The position numbers and the translations under genes are program-made. A stretch of 64,000 nt of DNA from Monocercomonoides exilis PA203. Lineage: Eukaryota > Protista > Preaxostyla. The notes beneath the pieces were generated by a model, which was not told the origin of the DNA, ran no database searches, and saw only the letters and a list, made by a program, of their open reading frames with translations. Below, in pieces: positions 36,340-48,214 of the stretch. The stretch is taken from NCBI GenBank assembly GCA_001643675.2, contig LSRY02000033.1:496001-560000 (forward strand), given 5' to 3'. Each line of letters begins with the position of its first letter. The stretch's first letter is position 1.

Positions 36340-36720
36340 GTTTGTAGTTATTTGGCCTTGAAAGATAATAAAAACACTAATCTTTATAATCAAAAAATCG
36401 AATAAAAGAAGAAACAACAATAATCAGCAACGAGTGGAAAGCACTTTCATGCTTAAAATAAAAGGAATGCAGGAAACGTACTTTGTCAAAAGCTCCTCTA
36501 AATTAATCCTGTTATAAAAGTGAATATGAACTCTGTTGAAAGATAATGAGCGCATATAAAGTCTGTCTTTATAATACATGGAGTCAGAAAGCTATTTTTC
36601 CGGAAGTTCTTGTTTCATTTGTTGAGAAACGATCAGGTGCTTTCTCGGATGGAAAATTTAATGTCAACATGAAAATATATCAATCATAAGAAGATTTTGA
36701 ATTGAAATTTGATAACAAAG
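36340..36720 (+). pseudogene. Highly degraded Merlin/ISXO2 (IS1595-like) DDE transposase remnant
   Basis: Frameshifted translation KTLIFIIKK../IKEETTIISNEWKALSCLK...NPVIKVNMNSVER**AHIKSVFIIHGVRK matches the ISXO2 pattern TLLPII...SDxWKAY..L...DP...TNTIE.W and the copy at 38.3-39.1 kb (shared GVRK). Confidence 0.65.
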
Positions 36721-36972
36721 AAGATGAAAACAAAGAAATTCTTCACGTGTTTGCAATTATTTGACATGCTCATAAAGTATATTTTTCGTCGAAAAATGCG
36801 AATTAAGTATTATCATCAAATTTTCATTTTTGCACACAAAAATTTAATGGAAAACAAATAATAACATCACCAAGTTTTTGTTTTTTATTCGTAAATTTTT
36901 GTGAATTTTAATGATATTTTGATGATAATATTAAAGTTTTATGTTATCTTACAAAGAAAACATTATGAACTT

Positions 36973-37227
36973 GGGTGATTATTTATGAAATCATATTATT
37001 TTATTCAAATTTTTCTGTTCAAAAATATCCTTTGGATAAAAATAAATGAATACAAAAGAGTGAAAAGGCTCAATAAAGAATTATTTATCTTTTTTTCAGC
37101 TGATTCACTTATCCTTAATGCATTTGTGAAAAATAAAGAATTTGAATTCAAAAGCTTTTACCAATAACAAGCAGAATTTGAAAAAACAACACACCGAAAA
37201 AAGTTATGATTTCAAAAATAATCACCC
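36973..37227. mobile_element. MITE-like element, 255 bp, 23-bp TIR
   Basis: GGGTGATTATTTATGAAATCATA at 36973-36995 and its inverse TATGATTTCAAAAATAATCACCC at 37205-37227 (1 mismatch). ACTT flanks both ends. A further copy of the right end lies at 38310-38332. Confidence 0.6.
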
Positions 37228-39061
37228 ACTTTTTGAAAATAATTCGACATGATAAAGATGTTTTTGGTATTCAAGGCGAAGAAGACACAGACGAAGAATT
37301 TTTATTTCCTGAATACAAGAGCACAAAACCTTTCGGATATGAAACAGGAGAGGTATTTTAAGAATAAAAACAATTAATGATATTTTCTTAATTATCTTAA
37401 TTAATAAATCAAAAAAATCCATGTTAACACACTTTTTCACAGATTATTTCACTTTGAATATTAACAAAAACATCAAATGGAACAAACTCATAAATTTGAA
37501 AATCATATCAGATTGTTTGTTTTATTTGCATTTATGAAACATTATCTTTTCTTTAATTCAATTGGCTGATTAGATAGATAAAGGAACATAATGAAGATAT
37601 TTCGAAATCTGAATAAATACGAAACTATTATTATCAGATAAAAAAAATCGAATTGATAAATTCAGGTAAAGAATTGGTTGATTAAATCATTTTAGCGAGT
37701 ATTTTTTCATTTGAAACTATTATTATTTTTTATGAAAAGTTTGAAGAGGTTTTATTGGTTTTTAAATGAAGATATATATCTTGAGAAGTGGAGTGATTAA
37801 ACAAAACAAATGTATTTGCGTTTAATATAGGAATTTTCAAAACTTATTTGAACTTATTCATTTGATATTTATATGATTATTAATCATCATTATTCGTGTT
37901 TATAATCATCGAAAATTCATAATTGCAATTTTCAAATTTTTGTATGAAAAATGTCAATTTCAAGTTGTTACGGGTTGCGATAAAAATTGATTCATTGAAA
38001 TGCCAATGCCAGATCTACAGATAATGAAGACTCACCAGTTGGATATTGTTTTCACAGACAAAGACGGAGAGTGGACATGGGTAATTATTAATGAAACCAT
38101 ATTTTCTCTGTCAAAACTTTCGATTCTTAAATTTCACTTGAATAAATATTATTAATCAATGAAAAGTAAATAGTCATATTCAAAACATAATCTTCTTTAT
38201 TTTTGCTGATTCAATTATTTTTTAACATTTGAAAAGAATAAATCATTTGAATTCACAATCTCATCCCAATGACAAACAACCTTTGAAGAATCAACTCTCC
38301 GGAAAAAATTATGATTTCAAAAATAATCACCCACATGGTTTAACGAGAATGTTCTGAAAACCGAAGCGAAAATGTGCGTCCGTAGCAGAAGAAAAATGAT
38401 TGTTCTTAAAGGCGAAAAGTTTTACAGATATTGGTACTGTTCAAAATGCAATAGAAAGAAATTTGTTTATGATGAAACAGTTTTCTCTGGGAATAAATTA
38501 GGATTAGAGAAGGTTTTTAGAATCATTTTGTGGTATTGGGAAGTATCAAATATAAAGTTCATTTCGAAAATGCTGGGAGTGGATAATAAAACTATTGGAT
38601 TTTTTTGCAGTGTCGTTGGAGTTTCCAGTATGGAAATTTGGAATTTACTTCAAAACCCAATAGGAGGAGAAGGAAAAGTGGTCGAAATTAATGAGGCTGT
38701 GCAGAGAATGCGAAAATACAGATGGGGAAGAAGAAAGGAACAAATTTGGATATTTGGTGGAATTGAAAAGTTGAAGAGAAGAGGAGCTGGCACTCGTAAA
38801 GTTAAAATTGTTCCTAACAAAAAGATAGAAACCCTTCTTCCCGTTATTTTGGAAACAATTCGAAGCCGTTCACAATTATGAGCGAAGAGTGAAAAGCACA
38901 CTCTCCTTTGGATTAATGCATTCACACTCATAAAACTGTTTGCCACAATAGAAATTTTGTTGATCCTGTTTTGCGAGCATTCACAAATACGATAGAGGGC
39001 TTGTTGTGTGCATTGCGCAAATCATTCCCTCAGTATGGAGTGAGAAAATCATTGATTGCAG

Positions 39062-42000
39062 TAGACCTCTGTGACATGACAAAAGAAAATTGAAACAATG
39101 ACAAAATGACAGACATGATTATCTCAATTTGTCATTTTTTTGAATCAGATAAAATTTCCAATTTATGAAGCAGTTTTTGAAATGATAGAAATATTTATAA
39201 TTTTTTTATTTTAATAATAATATTGTGGTCAATATTTTTGAATAATCGAAAGAAAACTGTGCATTTTTTCATGTTTTTTTTTTTCTTGTGACAAAAAGAT
39301 CAAAATTAATTATTGTGGTTAGTCATTCGTCTGATCTGTCACTGACAAGTCAATTCAGTCATTTTGTCATTTTGGAAAACTCTCCTTAATTCAAGCTGAA
39401 ATTGAATAGCTTTTGCATTTTGCATATTTCTGAGAAAAATACTCATTTGTCACAAAATGATCTGAATAGATGAAATGTTTTTTATTTGATTGTTTAATTG
39501 GGCTTTTATTGTCTTTGAAGTGTTTTTTGAAAAGCATTCATGTTTTTTCTGTTGAAGCTTCAATTTTTATTTTGCATTTTTTGAAAACAAAGAGGAATTT
39601 GCTTTGCTCTTCGGAGCTTTCATCAATCTAATCAAATATTTTGTTTTTTATTGCCTCTGTGGAATAGAACACTGAAATAAATAAGTATTAATACATAAAT
39701 GCTTTTATTCACATATCAAACGATATTCAACGTTCGTCACTTTCGATACTACACAACTGTGATATTTTTTTCAATTAACAGAAATCTTTGTTTAATAGAC
39801 AATTTTTTTTCAGTTATCAACGTTAAATGAACAACAAAATTTTTATTAAAAATATATTAAAGAACCTTCCTTTTGGTTGTTCATGCTAAAAAAAAATAAA
39901 ATAAATTCTTTGGAATGGATGATAAGATTCATTGTTATCATCTCAAATACAAACCATTTCTTGTTCTTTAAAATATTGATAAACATTCAATCTTCCAAAT
40001 TCCTTATCTTTGCCTCTGTTTTCTCACTTCTATGAAGCAGCATGAATAGCGAATCCCTCAAGTCCACAATCAATTTCTCATGAGGCGATGAGCATGCCAT
40101 TGCATCCACCAGATTCGACATGGACGAAGTGGTTGGACACAGATCCTCCCCACGAACAAATGTTGAATCTGAATCTGTTGTTGAAGTGGTGGAAGTGGAT
40201 GAAATGGATGGCGAAGGAGTTCGTTTCCTCGTCTCTTCTTCCTCCTCCTTTTCCAATGCCCAATCAGGGATCTTGTCTGAGTCTTTTCCCAAGATGTATT
40301 CTGTTGAGCCACTCTCAGAGAGAAGATGTTCTGATGATTCTGAATGTCCTAAGCTTTTCTCATACACCCTCTTCTTCATCCTCTCTTCATTCTTCTTTTC
40401 AGCTTCTCTCTCTGCTCTGCTCCACCTCTCTTCAGGTGACATTTCCATCGTCATCATCTCAATCAGCTTCGGGTCCTTTCTCACCGTATCCTCCACAATT
40501 ATCTCCAATTCTTCTGTTCTTTTCTTTTGCTTTCTCCATCGAACAATGAATATCACAGAAATTATTAGAACAATCAACAATATCACAACTAATGCCCTTA
40601 ATGATTTTCCATCATTTCCTCCTTCAGCAATCTTTTCTTATCTTTTTAATTTAGATTCACTCCTGTTCTTTTCAATCAATGATTCTGTTGAAGTTGATAG
40701 CTTGGAGTTGTAAAAAAAGCAGATATGCTAACGTCTCAACTTCAGCTGGCGACTCTTGAAGAACGCCTGCATGAAATTTTCCAAAGGCATCCATTTTTTA
40801 GGCAAACATTTTCGCATCAAGCTCATGTCCATGCAGCAGGGCCTCAGCTACCGTGGTTGTTTCCAATCAGAATGACAAATGGTGTTGACAAATGAGCTCT
40901 CCTTGAAAATCCTTCAGACATTGCTTATATTTTAACTTTTCGTTGCTTCATTTTTTGATTCTTTGGCAGAATGAAAGGCTGTGATGAAGAAGAGTAATTG
41001 TCTTTGGCAGGAGATGCTAACAAGTTTGTTTCCGCTGGAAAGCATCCATATGGAGGCGTTGCCCTTCGCACCGAATACTCCTTTCAATAAAGCCAGCTTC
41101 AGAGAAGCCACATCAGAGCAGGCAATGTTTTGGCGGGAAGATGGATTGCTGCTATCTGAATGGCTGTAGCTAGCAGAGGGACTGTAATCTTCATGTTTTA
41201 CATCATCCTTTCTGATTATGCATCCAGAGGAAGACAACTGTTTTCTTGCCTCGCTTGCAGATGCGAAATTGTTGATGGAAGTTGTTATGCTTGTTCATAT
41301 TTTTCATAACCGAAAAATGGGGCACATTGCAAGCAGGTGCAATTGGATAGGTCCACGTGGGCAGACGTAAAAGACATTGAAAATACTGGTCAATTAAAGA
41401 AGGCATAGGTGCTAGCGATTGTGTTTGCGTTGTTGCGGAAAGATGAGCCGGAAAAGGAAATGTCTCATGTGGCAGTGGTAGGGAGACAGAGGATGCTGCC
41501 CTGTGAAAACACCAGACGCTCGGCTGCCAATCTGTGTGCCAAGGCGCTCTGGCACTGGTGGAACTTGAAGGCTCCGGCTGACAGCTGGAGGCGCTGAAGG
41601 TTTATGTTTGCGAGGGCGATATGGTTGGAAGCGGAGAGGAGGAAAAGCAGAATAGCGAATACGAGTTGTTGGATTGAGCAGTTGTTGACAGTCAATGGCC
41701 TCTCTCGATGGCTGGCAGGAAGGAATTGAGGAGTTCTGGATGAGCAGATGGCAAGATAGCTGAAGAAGAAAACTGGTCAAAGGAGAGCGGAAGGCGATAG
41801 AAGGCGTTGTGCACAACAGCGCTTCCTGTGTGCAAGAAGGGCAGACTGGAGAGGAAGTCGAATCGTTCTATCCAGGCATTTGCAGAGGTTGAGATGATAT
41901 CGAGATTGAGCTGGATGGCTGGCTTGAGGTGGACGAGCGCAGAGGATGTGAACTCCATCAAGCGAATTAATATTAACAGTGGTTGTTTTGTACGTAGCGC

Positions 42001-43042
42001 AAATGGCTTTCTGGAGCTGCACCAACACCTGGGAGTATTGAGACAGAATGATGTATTGCACCCCCTTATTCTGAAACTCACAGAGCTTGCGAACTTTCCA
42101 CATTACCTGCTATTTGCATGATTGCCTACCATGGAAGACACAAAGATCGTCTCGATCTTGTAATTCATGACTCTTAATAAAAGATCTTCTTTTCACACAA
42201 ACAAGTCTGACGTGCAGCCACGTAACGCAAGCTCTTTCACAAATAATAATCTGAAATCCAGCAAGAATTGCACTTCAACTATTCGTTCTTCGGTCTTAGG
42301 GTACGTTATATACACGTTTCCCACTCTGAATGTAAGTAATCAGTGAATGAGATATTTTATAAAGCAAATGCAACTGGCTCGGTTGTCGCAGATGTGAACT
42401 TTACAAACAAGCCGCACCCTTTCTTGAGGATATGCAGAATTACTCCGTTATTGTTGAAAACACATAATCAAAGCACCGTCCTTTCTGAAATTTGAATAAA
42501 AAAGTCTTTCTATCTCAACAGATAGATTTTCCACATTTTTGGTTCTTGTTTTGTAGATGACCATTTTTGTTGCGTCAACACATGTTCTTCAGAGCAAGAC
42601 GATGCTGTTAATTGCCATCTTAGTGACTTTCTCAAATATGATTCATCCAACCATGATATTTCCATCGTCATTATCATTCGCATTCTAATTTTTGGCAAAA
42701 GCCTTTGCAACACTTTATCAACTTCCTTTTTCGAGCTTGATGCTTTTCATTGAAATGCTACTAAATGAAAAGGATTACGAAGATGATAATGGCATTATGA
42801 TACAGAAAAAGGAAAGTATATGCATAGTCACAAACTTATCCAAAACTGCATTAACATCTGCTTTGATAATCATAAAGTTTATAGTTTCTTCTTTTCTTTT
42901 TTCTTAAAAAATTTTAAACATTTTTTAACAGTCCTTTCCATGCTTTTAGAAAAATGATTTGAAATATTAATTTTATTTATGGGTCACTCTGATCAAATTG
43001 ACCGACAAGTAATTTTTCATTTTGTCACGTCACAGAGGTATA
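39062..43042. mobile_element. Non-autonomous TIR DNA transposon (hAT-like, Pack-type), 3,981 bp, with 8-bp TSD GATTGCAG
   Basis: Left end TAGACCTCTGTGACATGACAAAAGAAAATT; right end reverse complement TATACCTCTGTGACGTGACAAAATGAAAAATT. GATTGCAG at 39054-39061 and 43043-43050. Subterminal TGAC/GTCA clusters; no transposase ORF visible inside. Confidence 0.9.
39900..42880 (-). pseudogene. Decayed fragment of the beta-helix/TM/pseudokinase receptor family, carried inside the TIR element
   Basis: ORF 39987-40586 (TM plus cytoplasmic segment) is nearly identical to the 61.4-62.0 kb part of gene 54589-62736. The upstream part shows frameshifted ectodomain motifs (NPSSRQNIACSD vs NYPSARRNIICSD). Confidence 0.85.
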
Positions 43043-43855
43043 GATTGCAGATCATTTAGCTATGTTTCTGGTTAAAACTTCTTTGAAATATAAATTTCAA
43101 GATATTTCACCAACTATCGTTAAGCATAAAGCAGTGGAAAAGCCAGTGGAAGGTCTTGCGGAAGAGGAAGCGGAAGATGAAGATTCCGAAAATTTTCTAA
43201 TTGAAGATATTTCGAGAGAAGAAGAAACTGAAGAAGAATCGTCAGTGCTCGAGACAGAAAAAGAAAAAATTTTTGATTATTAACCATAATTGAGTGTTTT
43301 TTTTTTTGTTTTTTTCTCATTTTCAGTTTTTCATTCACACACATTTCCGATAATTATGAACATGAATAATGATGATTAATAATCATATGAATTACAAATG
43401 AAAATGTTTAAAGGAGTTTTGAAAACTCTCATATGGTACCCTTATACCAAAATCTTAGCATTTAGCGTTTAAGTTGAAAAAAATGAAATGAATAAAAATT
43501 TCAAAGTTCAAAAATTATCAACAAAAGTTGGTCGTTTAAAAATTGCTGAAAAATGATTGATAAAATAAACAAAAATCATTTTATCTTTACATAAAGAAGC
43601 AATGGAGCAAAATACAAACAGAGACAAAGAAAGGAATAATAAAGAAGAAGAAGAAGAAGAAGAAAGCTCAATGTTAAAATGGATGTTAAAAAAGCACAAG
43701 CTTGCTCAAATTACAAAAGAATAATTTGAATCTTGAATGTTAAAACAAAGACAAGTTCTGTTTAACAATTGACTCCATAAATAATACTCTTTCAATAATT
43801 ACAGTTAATTTTTCATCAAAATACTAAAACAAAAAAGATATTTCCAGATTACTTA

Positions 43856-45395
43856 CTAAAAAATTTTCGCAAAAACGTAGTAAAAAGTACGTCGTTCATG
43901 AAGAAAAATTGATGTTGGATGAGAATCATAAAGATCTTCCAATCCATTCTCCTCCAAAGCATCATATAAAACAATTGAGGATTTGTGCGCTTCTGAATTA
44001 CCATGCAAAAATTTTTGTTGATTTTCAAACACACAATCACCCAAATGCTTATCAATCAAGCTAATCATTGATCTGAACGCAAATCTCACATTGTTATTGT
44101 CTATTGCTTTAAAGACGATGCCACAAAATATATCGCAAAAAAGAGGAAGAACTTCAATTATACTTGGTTCGCTATTTGACACGCTCCAATTACTTACAAT
44201 AAAAAGAATTTCATTGTCAAGCGATCTGATTTGGATATTTTCGAGAAACCATTTCAGCAATAATGTTACACATTTCACATGAGGAATATCAACTTTAACT
44301 TTCAAATCATTAATAACATGTTTAATTGCGAATATCATCCGCTTGAACAAATCAACATGCTCGGAGGTGACTGAACGCCGACTAATTGGCGTAAAGTCAT
44401 CAAAGATTGACAGCAGTTTTTCGTCCTTTTCCACACACATTTCTTGTTGGCTTTTCTGACCCTTTCGCTCAAAGAAGTCAAATGGCTTTTGCGTAAAACA
44501 GCATATTGTCTTCTCCATCAAAATTGTGCAGCATTCTGCAAAAGCACCACTCAGCCGCTCACCCCTGTTCACCCGCGAAACGTACTGATACAACTCGAAC
44601 ATGCATTTACATGAAAAAAAAGGATTCTTATACGCAGCCTTGTTGAGTAAAGATATAAGATCCGAAATAAGTTGAAAATTGCCATCGCGAGGCGGATAAA
44701 CTTCAAAATTAAAAAAAAAAAAAAAGCAAAGACAAGATTGCAAAAACATTTTTTAAAAAAGAAACTTCATACCACTAAAGCTACGTGTCATTATTGGTAA
44801 AATGTGTGTTTCGAAATCTTTTGATTCGATGTTAATTTCATGGCGAAGGAGTGTCATATAGCTATCCCAAATGGATTTATCTTTAATCGCACAATCAAAG
44901 TATTGCGGATGTGCAAATAAATAAATCACAATCAACTTGTTTTTGCTTTCGAATTCTTGAGTATTCTCAACCAATGAAACATATGAGTAAGATCGAAATG
45001 CATTATGCATTCGTATTTCCAATTCGCTTTTTTCCTCATATTTTGCTTTTATCGCCTTGTTAACTAAAGTGTAAATAATGTCAAGTGCTAGGCGCTCATC
45101 TGCACTTCGTAACCCCCCAAACAAGCCAACAAAATTCACAAAAAACGTCTGCGGAAGGTCTCTCACATAATCGCGGCAGTTTCGGCACCGAACATATTTT
45201 TCGAAAAACAACAACGTTTGGTGCCGCTCTTCGTTTGAAGAGCCGTGGATGCTGTCAACATAATCTGTTTCAGCAGAAAATCATCATTCCAAAAATATCA
45301 AGCAAAACCAAACCGCTTATCTTCATCGGCTTTTCATTTTCAAATCGTTTCTTTTTAAAGGTTTGATGGTGATTTACCGGTCTTTGCCGCTGCAT
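43856..45395 (-). CDS. Hypothetical alpha-helical (ARM/HEAT-like) protein, 3 exons
   Basis: ATG 45395 (MQRQRPVNHHQ...KIS) splices in frame to DYVDSIHGSSNEERHQTLLFFEK (ORF 44753-45214) and then to VYPPRDG (ORF 43856-44749) through phase-consistent GT-AG introns. Confidence 0.65.
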
Positions 45396-45831
45396 CGCCC
45401 TAATCACTTAAAAAACAGTTAAACTTAGAATCTATTAATTAATAATTGGACATTTTGATCTTATTTGAACTTTCGAACTCTATTCTCTGAAGCACTCGTT
45501 TGTTGTGTCTTTTATTAGCAAGGTTGATGTTCCAAAGCAAAAACCAGTCTTTAAACAGAAAAATGACAGCTCATCAAAAGAGAGTGATTTTTTTGAGCTG
45601 AACATTTCAGCTCATAAATATTTTCATCCTTCTCCAATCTTTCAAAAAACCAGCCGACTTCGCGACGCAATCAATGCTCTGATGCCGGCATCCAAAATGC
45701 ATTTCTGCCATTCAAAAAATATTCAAATACTCGAAAAACGATAAAACTTTCAAAAACTTTTTTGTGAGATGAACACGAGAAAAATAAAAAAGATAACAAG
45801 GAAGTTGAGCCTTCACACGCGAGTCATTCCC

Positions 45832-46690
45832 TTACGCAAGCTCCTCTTTAGCCTTTTCGTTTTCTTCCACTTTCTGGTCTTCCCTTTTCTCTTCAGAAGC
45901 TTTTATTGCTGTGAATCTCGCCCACTTTCCGGCCTCTGTCTCCTCCCACACGCTGTCGCTGTCTGTTCCTGCTGCCACAAGCACCTGCCTTTCACTCTCG
46001 CAAAAACGCACTTTGAAGGCTGGCGAACGCGTCGCTATTTCTGCAACATCCCAATCTTTGCACAAATGCTCCTGCGAAAGCGGAGCCGAGTGTGTGTGAA
46101 TTTTGACTGTGCCGTCCTCAGACGCCGACGCAAAGCGAATTCTTGGAATATTTTTGGTGCATTCAGTAGCATCAGCAGATGAAGAAGAGGATAGTGCTGC
46201 AACTGAAACGAAAAGAAGAAACTTGAAAAGGAAAAATTCGAAAAGATGGAAGAAAAAGGATATGAAGATGTTTTCACAAACTTTCATGAAATATTTAATT
46301 TTCAATTCGAAGAACATGACAACGGTGCATGTTTTCTCCACACAACATTGCCAGTAGATCGATTCATTTTGTCATTCAATTCAAATTGAAAATATTTACA
46401 CTAGCGTGGAATTTATTCTTTTTAATTATTGAGTTAAAAAAAAAAAGGCTCTGAAGAAAAAACAGCAGAATTTAAATTACTATCCAAAAAAGGAGGCAAA
46501 CTTCTCTTCGGATTTGGCGGCATTCCAACAACAAATGATGTGTGGATAATAATTGGTGAAAGTTCTCTTTTTTGAATAGATGCTGAATGAGGCATCGCTG
46601 AAGCACTTTGAGAAGAATTGCCATATGTATTGTTTGAAGCACATTTAGCAGAAAGCAGAATGAAAAATTTTCTCATATCATTTGAAATAT
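45832..46690 (-). pseudogene. Fragment resembling the C-terminal WD40 blades of Sec13/Seh1
   Basis: RFASASEDGTVKIH...PAFKVRFCESERQVLVAAGTDSDSVWEETEAGKW parallels the Sec13/Seh1 C-terminus (IASxSxDG.V.IW...VW.VSW...G..L...GD..V.LWKE...GKW). There is no room upstream for a full propeller. Confidence 0.45.
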
Positions 46691-46887
46691 TCAACTTGAA
46701 AAAAAAAATTGGAGAAAAGAAATCGTGAAAGAGTCATAACTTTAAAATTTTTCTTGTGATTAGGTTCCATTTCGAAGTGATGAAAAAAAAAATCTTAAAA
46801 ATAGCATTCAAATCTGTTTATTTCCCATTTTGTGAATGACGCAAAAAGAAAAATAAAAAATTTGGATATAAAATTCAATGAATTTCC

Positions 46888-48214
46888 TCAAATAAACACA
46901 AAATATTCAGGAATATTCAACGATAGAGCACGATAATATAGTTCGTTAAAAACATGAAATCTTTTATGAAAACTTGTGATGATATCTTCATAACCTTCTT
47001 CTTCCATCTTTTTGAATATTTTCCTTTTCAATTCTCTTCTTTTCACTTCAACTGCCTTATTATCAATCTTTCTTTTCAATCTTCTTGAAATCGAATGAAA
47101 AAATCTCAAGGTATCACATAAATATATATTATCCACAGTTTGCTGTTGAATCTCTTCCAAAGCAGCATCAACTGCTCCGCCTTTCAAAAAGTCAACAACT
47201 TTCATGGCTCTATTATCCACTGCTCCTTGAAACAAACAAATGCATTTCCAGCCAATTGTTCGATAATTTTCCCTTGATGCTCGAAATATCTGAACAACAT
47301 GGCCAATGAGCTCAGCAAATTCTTCGTTCCACAAATTGATTCCATAGAAGAAAGATATCAGCGTTTTAAGCCATCTAACCAAAATATATTTTTCTTTCGC
47401 TTCTTTTCCTTTTTCCTCTTCTTCTTTTTTCTTCCAATCCATGCATTTTATTAGTTCTTCCAGTTCTTTTGTTGCCTCTCTCGAAAAATGTAATTCATTC
47501 GTAATCACTTCTTCCAATCTTTTGTCTTCGTAAAATCTATCCATCAAAAACTTCCAAGCAGATTGATACGCAAGTCGAGTCAAGTTGCAATGTTTCTGAT
47601 GATATACGATAATTTCTTTGATTTCCTTTAAATACAGTTTTTGTTCGATATACTTATCAAAAATGAGTGAAAAAAATCAAAAACTTTAATGAAATAGAAT
47701 TTCACACATAATCTCGAATGCTGCTCAACGCCAGCAAAGCAATTTCCACTTCTTTCTGTGTCTTCTCGTTTTCCTCTTTGACCGATACAACTTTCAGAAG
47801 ACAGGGCACACAAATTACCGTCAATTCAAACGAGAGATGGTAACTTAGAGAAACATAGCATTCACAAAGATCAACAAGAAGCATTTCATTTTTTTCCTCT
47901 TTCTTCTCCTCTTCTTCAACTTTCAACTTCTCAATCTTTTTCTTCAAGGAAGATTCTTCAAAGCTCCTACTCCACAGGTCCATCAGCACGTTGCAATATC
48001 CAATTTGTTTCAACAGCACGAGTGCATTTTCCATCGATATTTTCCTTTCTTCAATCATTTTGGATATTTTGAACAACAGGTCTTTCTTGAAAACAGAATA
48101 GTATTCTTCTTTCCCCATATCTTCCATTATTTTATTCATTTCTTCGATTTTCTGTTTCTGCTTCTCCTCATCGCAAGCTTCAAGTTCAGAAAACAATTCT
48201 GAAAAAAAATGCAA
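46888..48214 (-). CDS. Member of a lineage-specific expanded helical-repeat hypothetical family; 5' end uncertain (possibly ~48318)
   Basis: FSELFSELE...KEVEIALLALSSIRDY splices (phase 0) to YIEQKLYLKEIKEIIVYHQKHCNLTRLAYQSAW...MEEEGYEDII. The family pattern is recalled from Monocercomonoides hypothetical proteins. Confidence 0.7.

Larger units (their letters stand above)
38333..43283 (+). pseudogene. Merlin/ISXO2-like transposase pseudogene, 5'-truncated, split into 38333-39061 and 43051-43283 by an insertion
   Basis: Zn-ribbon remnant WYCSKC; IGGEGKVVEINE (catalytic D replaced by N); WIFGGIE; IVPNKKIETLLPVI; after a frameshift HKTVCHNRNFVDP...TNTIEG. The frame PQYGVRKSLIA continues as DHLAMFLVKT once the insert is removed. 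Confidence 0.9.

Noticed and set aside
42480-42910. Short ORFs near the right TIR as a hAT transposase remnant
   Set aside because: No BED finger or DDE motifs seen; the minus-strand translation looks more like decayed receptor ectodomain.
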